From Vulcanimicrobiota bacterium (GTDB taxonomy: Bacteria > Vulcanimicrobiota > Vulcanimicrobiia > Vulcanimicrobiales > Vulcanimicrobiaceae), in assembly GCA_963795855.1 (NCBI GenBank), contig CAWCIZ010000002.1, forward strand, positions 480,001-544,000: a stretch of DNA of 64,000 nucleotides. Reading direction: 5' to 3'. The notes below the pieces were generated by a model that made no database searches, was not told the origin of the DNA, and saw nothing but the letters and a program-made list of their open reading frames with translations. The position numbers and the translations under genes were made by a program. Positions 59,471-64,000 of this stretch are shown here, piece by piece (the stretch's first letter is position 1; each line of letters starts with the position of its first letter).

Positions 59471-60937
59471 GCGCAACCGCGGCCGCGATCCACGCCAAGA
59501 GCGCGCAGCACATCATTACGTAGCGAAAGCCTACCTCGTACGCGCGATCGACGGCTTGTTGCGCGCGGCCGCGAAACGCTGCGGGTACGCCTCGATCGGG
59601 GGCGCGTCCGCTCAGCAGCGAGTCGCGCTCCAGCGCGCGCCGCACCTGCGCGGGCACGGCGCGATCGTTTTGCGGAAGCGCTCGATGCGTCGCGGAAACG
59701 ATCACGATACCGAGCAACGCAATGGCGAGCAATCCCGCTACCCGCGAAACCGCGTTGTTTATTCCGGACGCGCTGCCGGCGTGCTCGGCGGGAGCCGAGT
59801 TCATGACGGTCGTGGTCAGCGGCGCGACGAACGTGGAAGTCCCGAGCCCGAGCAGCAGCACGGCGGGGAAGAACGTGCTCCAATAGCTGCCGCCGACACC
59901 CGTAAATCCGAAGAGCGCAAAGCCGAAACCGGCCAGCACCGCGCCGGCCACGAGCGGCGCGCGCGCACCGATGCGCGCAACCAAACCGCCCGACCAGCGC
60001 GACGAACGAACATCAGCACGATCATCGGCAGCAGCGCGGCGCCGGCGGAAAGCGGGGTATACCGCTGCACGTTGATGAGGTTGAACGGTACGAAGAACAA
60101 CGCTCCGCTCAGGGCCGCGTAGAGCAGCAGCGTGTACACGTTCGAAACGGTGAAAGCGCGCGAGCCGAAGATACCGAGCGGTATCATCGGCGCCGCACTT
60201 CGGCGTTCGACGTACACGAACGCCGCCAGCAGTACGGCGCCGCCGGCAGCAGCCGCGGCACCCGACGCATCGCCGTGCGCGCTTTGCAGGGTGATGAAGC
60301 CGAACGTGAGCGCTCCGAGGGCTACCGTCGCGATTGCGGCTCCGCTCCAATCGATGCGCCGCGCGGCGAGCGCGTCACGGCTTTCCGGAATGCGCGCGAC
60401 GGAGATGACGAAAACCGCCAGCGCGATCGGAAGATTGATGAGGAAAACCAGACGCCACGAAAACGCCTGCACGAGCCATCCGCCGAGCAGCGGACCAAGT
60501 GCCATGGTAGCCGCCAGGAATCCCGACCACGTTCCGATTGCCGCGCCGCGATCGCGCTCTTCGAACGAAGCGGTGATGAGCGCCAAACTTTCCGGCACGA
60601 GCAGCGCGCCGCCGATGCCCTGAATGCACCGCGCCGCGACGAGCTCGGCCGCGGTTTGCGAAACCGCGCATGCGAGCGAGGCGGCGGCAAAAATGCAAGC
60701 GCCGAGCAAAAACATTCTGCGCCGTCCCAAATGATCGCCCAGAGATCCGCCGACGAGAATGAGCGCGGACAGAAACAGCGAGTAGCCTTCGACGATCCAT
60801 TGCGTAGCGTCGGAACCGGCATGGATATCGCGCTGGAGAACCGGCAGCGCCACGTTGACCGCCGTTGCATCGATACCCGGCATCGCCGAACCGAGTATCG
60901 TCGCCGCAAGCACCCAGGCTCCGGCACGCCTCGTCAA
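59382..60937 (-). CDS. MFS drug:H+ antiporter (DHA2/EmrB-like); frameshift near 60005
   Basis: DATAVNVALP, GGSLGDHLGRRR, WRLVFLINLP, ASGINNAVSRVAG. Confidence 0.88.
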
Positions 60938-63900
60938 GACGAAAGCGCCAGCGGCTCGCGCTTGGAACCCGGCAAGATAATCCCGCCAAGTGCAGCGGAT
61001 CGTACGCGCCGACTCGCACGAGATCGCCGTCGTCCGCCGCGCGCCGCGACGCGCGTAAGGCGTCGATCGCTTCGGGCAACGCGAACTGTTCGCCGACGAA
61101 TCCGTGAACGAATCGGCCGCCGCGAATTTCGCCGCGCGCCTCCATGCGGCGCAGCGCCAGCAGCAGCTCGCGCCACGCGGGTGCGAGACTTTCGCGCGCG
61201 ATGACATCGCGGAAAACGACGCCCCAACGCGCAAGCAGTCGCCGCGCAAACTTATCGGGATCGATCTTTTCCGCGTCAGACGTCAGCAGCGTCCAGCGCC
61301 CGCTGGACGAACGCGGGCGCGCGCGCAGGCCTTTTTCTCCGAGACGGCGCTTCGCATCGATCAGCGAACGCAGCGCGTCGAACCCGTCGGCGGTGACGAG
61401 TCCGGCCGCGACGAGTTGCCACAACGCTTCTTCCACTTCGGCGGGAAGGCGTTTCGTCGCCCGCACGATATCGCTGAAAAACGGCGCCCCGCGGCGTTCG
61501 ATTGCCTCGAGCACGTCGCGCGCCGCATGCGATAAGCCCGTCACTCCGGCATCGCGCCGCACGATGAGTTCTTGCGCATCTTCGCGCGTCACCAGCGAAA
61601 TCGGCGCGAGTTTTGTGGGACGAATGCGGCGCGCGCTCTCCGGGTCTTCCGCCGAAAGCGCGGGATGCGGCGCAAGACGTCCCCACAGCACTTCGCCCGA
61701 ATAACAGAGCTTGTCGAGATACTCGCTGCGGTAGTTCGCAACGCGCGCAGGCAGAATTTGCGTTTCCCAAGCGGCCGCGGGAATTTCGTAGCCTTCGAGT
61801 TGACGAATGATTTGCAGCGTGCCGTCGACGCCGTGCAAGCGCGAGGTGGGAGCGACGTGCTGCCAGCGGTAAAGAAAGCGATGATACTCCGCGGCGGTAA
61901 CCGGTTCGATTTCGCGCCGCAATTGGCCGATGGTTCGACGGTGAATGCGCGCGAGCACGCGCCGGTTGCACCACTCTTCCGTGTCGCCGCCGCGGAAGCG
62001 GCCGCGCAGGAGCTGACCTTCGGTTTCGAGCCTGAGCAGCGCCGCTTCGATGAGGCTGCGTTCGACGCCGAACGACTCGACGAGTTCGTCGACGGTCAGC
62101 GGACCGCTGGATTCGAGCCATCCGCGCAAAATTTCCGCAAACGCCTGCTCGCGCGTCTCCGGCAGGCCGGGTTGCGGAACCGCTTGCATTTCTGCGTCAT
62201 CGTCGAGCAACGTGCTTTGTGGATAGACGAGCCGCGCCAGCTCAAGACGTTCGGCCGCAACCCAGAAATCTCGATTCTCCGCGCGTAACGTGCCGGCGCG
62301 CCGCTGCTGCGCCAGCTCGGCGTAGTATGCGTGGATCTCGATCGGCTCGGTTCGAAAACGCGTAAGCGCACCGTGCGGAAGCGCGACGAGCGTGAGCAGC
62401 GCGTCGTGCAGTTCATCGGCATCGCGCACGACCGGCCAAGACTCTTCGGCGACTTCGGCGATCACCGCCGCGTCGAGGATACCCGCACCGTCGAGATCGT
62501 CGCGAAAGGTTCGGCGCAGTTGCACCGCGCGCGCGCGGCGTTCTTCCAGCGGCGCGTCGTCGAGGTACGCGTACGGATTTGCGTTTAAGATCTCGTGGCA
62601 AAAAGGCGAGGGTTCCGGCGTATCGACCGCCGCCGTTCGAATCGCTCCGCTTTCCACGCGGGCTAAGACCGTCAGCAACCCGTCCAGATCCATCGCTTCG
62701 TGCAGGCAGTTGTTTATCGTTTCGCGCACGAGCACGTGATCGGGTATGCGTATGGGCCCGCTGAGGTTTTCCGCGCACGCGGCCTGATCGGGAAAACACG
62801 ACGCGAGCAAATCATCGGCGCGCATGCGCTGCAGTTGCGGCGGCGTCTTGCGGCCGCCGCGCATGCGTAAAATCGGCGAGCGCTCGCGTCGCATTCCATC
62901 TCCAGCGCGCCCCGAACATGGGCGCCGCAAGCATCGCTTGCGTCAGCGTGTGTTCCACGCTCGCCGTCTTGACGTATTCGAAGACGACGTCGAGCGGAAA
63001 CGCGTGCTGGTCGGTGAGCGAGAGGACCACGCCGTTGTCGGTCGCCGCCGCCTGCAACTCGATGTTGAACGAGCGGCAGAATTTCTTGCGCAGCGCAAGT
63101 CCCCAACCGCGATTGATGCGCGCGCCGAACGGCGTATGCAGAATGAGCTGCATGCCGCCGCCTTCATCGAAAAAGCGCTCCGCGACGATCGTCGTGTCGG
63201 TGGGCACGACGCCGAGAATCTTTTTCCCGGCGCGAACGTACGCTACGGCTTGCTCCGCGCCCGCGCGATCGAGTCCGCATTCCGCTTCGAGCAGCGCCTG
63301 AGCGGCACTATCATCGCGTTCGTCGATGTCCGCGCGCACGCGCGCGACTTCGTGCGAGAGCTCGATCGTGCGCCCGGGTCCCTCGCCATTCCAAAACGGT
63401 ACGGTCGGCGCCGCGCCGTGCGCATCTTCAACCCGAACCACGCCCGGCTCGACGCGGCGAATACGCCACGAGTTCGTGCCCAGCAAGAAAACGTCGCCCG
63501 ACAAACTTTCGACCGCGAAATCTTCATCCAGCGTGCCGACGATGTGCCCTTCGGGCTCTGCGACCACGTTGTAGTTCGCAGTTTCCGGAATGGCGCCGCC
63601 GGAGGTTATTGCAGCCATGCGCGCGCCGCGCCGGCCGCGCACGACTCCATTGACGCGGTCGTAGTGGAGATATGCGCCGCTGCGTCCCCGAGAATGCGCG
63701 ACGCCGTCGGCGAGCATGGTCGAGCACGTCATCGAAATCTTTTCGCGGCAGATCGCGATACGGATACGCGGTGCGAACCAGATCGTAGAGTTTGCCGGTT
63801 TCCCAATCGCCCGCGCCGCACGCAGCGACGATTTGCTGCGCGAGTACGTCCAGCGGAGCCGACGGAATCTTCAGCGCGTCGAGCGTACCGCCGCGAATCG

Positions 63901-64000
63901 ATCGAATCAGCGCGGCACATTCGAGCAGTTCGTCGCGCGTCGTCGCGAACAGCCGGCCTTCCGGCCGCGCCCCGACCCAATGGCCGGAACGCCCGATACG
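60934..64000 (-). CDS. lhr: Lhr-family helicase, long form, C-terminal part; frameshifts near 60980, 62875 and 63725
   Basis: RIGRSGH, PLDVLAQQIVA, TSGGAIP, GTLDEDFAVES, VPFW.GEGP, ILHTPFGARIN, EIRGGRFV. Confidence 0.88.

Noticed and set aside
410..64000. Many split genes read as pseudogenes or programmed frameshifts
   Set aside because: Single indels in otherwise intact housekeeping genes, with no slippery heptamers or stop-codon decay; sequencing error is more likely
60934..64000. Lhr helicase as part of an anti-phage defence island
   Set aside because: Neighbours are MFS and YihY housekeeping genes; no defence or mobility genes are seen

Overview
A high-GC (roughly 65% by eye), densely coding 64 kb chromosomal segment of a diderm bacterium. 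The mix of a TonB receptor, GerMN, DUF4127, a TPR-LuxR regulator and PAS/GAF/SpoIIE proteins suggests Ca. Eremiobacterota (Vulcanimicrobiota); this is inference only. Content in order: acyl-CoA carboxylase, fabI, methylmalonyl-CoA mutase and epimerase; a peptidoglycan-recycling operon (nagZ, amiE-like hydrolase, anmK, sugar kinase, murQ, DUF4127); a TonB receptor; msrB; a tricorn-like protease; oppDF, secG, dxs; a VOC/HxlR module; a TPR-LuxR regulator with a small exported peptide; GerMN-amidase-murI; a non-canonical cbb3-like oxidase operon; ClC; tdk; a DEAD-box helicase-infA-zinc ribbon operon; an MFS transporter and a partial Lhr helicase. I found no rRNA, tRNA, CRISPR array, transposase or phage genes. 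Four genes missing from the ORF track were read directly: an AccE-like carboxylase epsilon subunit, a CcoQ/CcoS-like peptide, a 58-aa lipopeptide and IF-1. Best leads: (1) an IF-1 gene with no in-frame ATG/GTG/TTG, apparently starting at ATC, in a cold-shock-like operon with a structured leader; (2) a candidate peptide-signalling pair (exported peptide + TPR-LuxR); (3) 8 of about 13 apparent frameshifts fall on AGCT, which points to a host DNA modification at AGCT causing base-calling errors; (4) an exported truncated globin lacking the proximal His; (5) repeated leaderless-type promoters.
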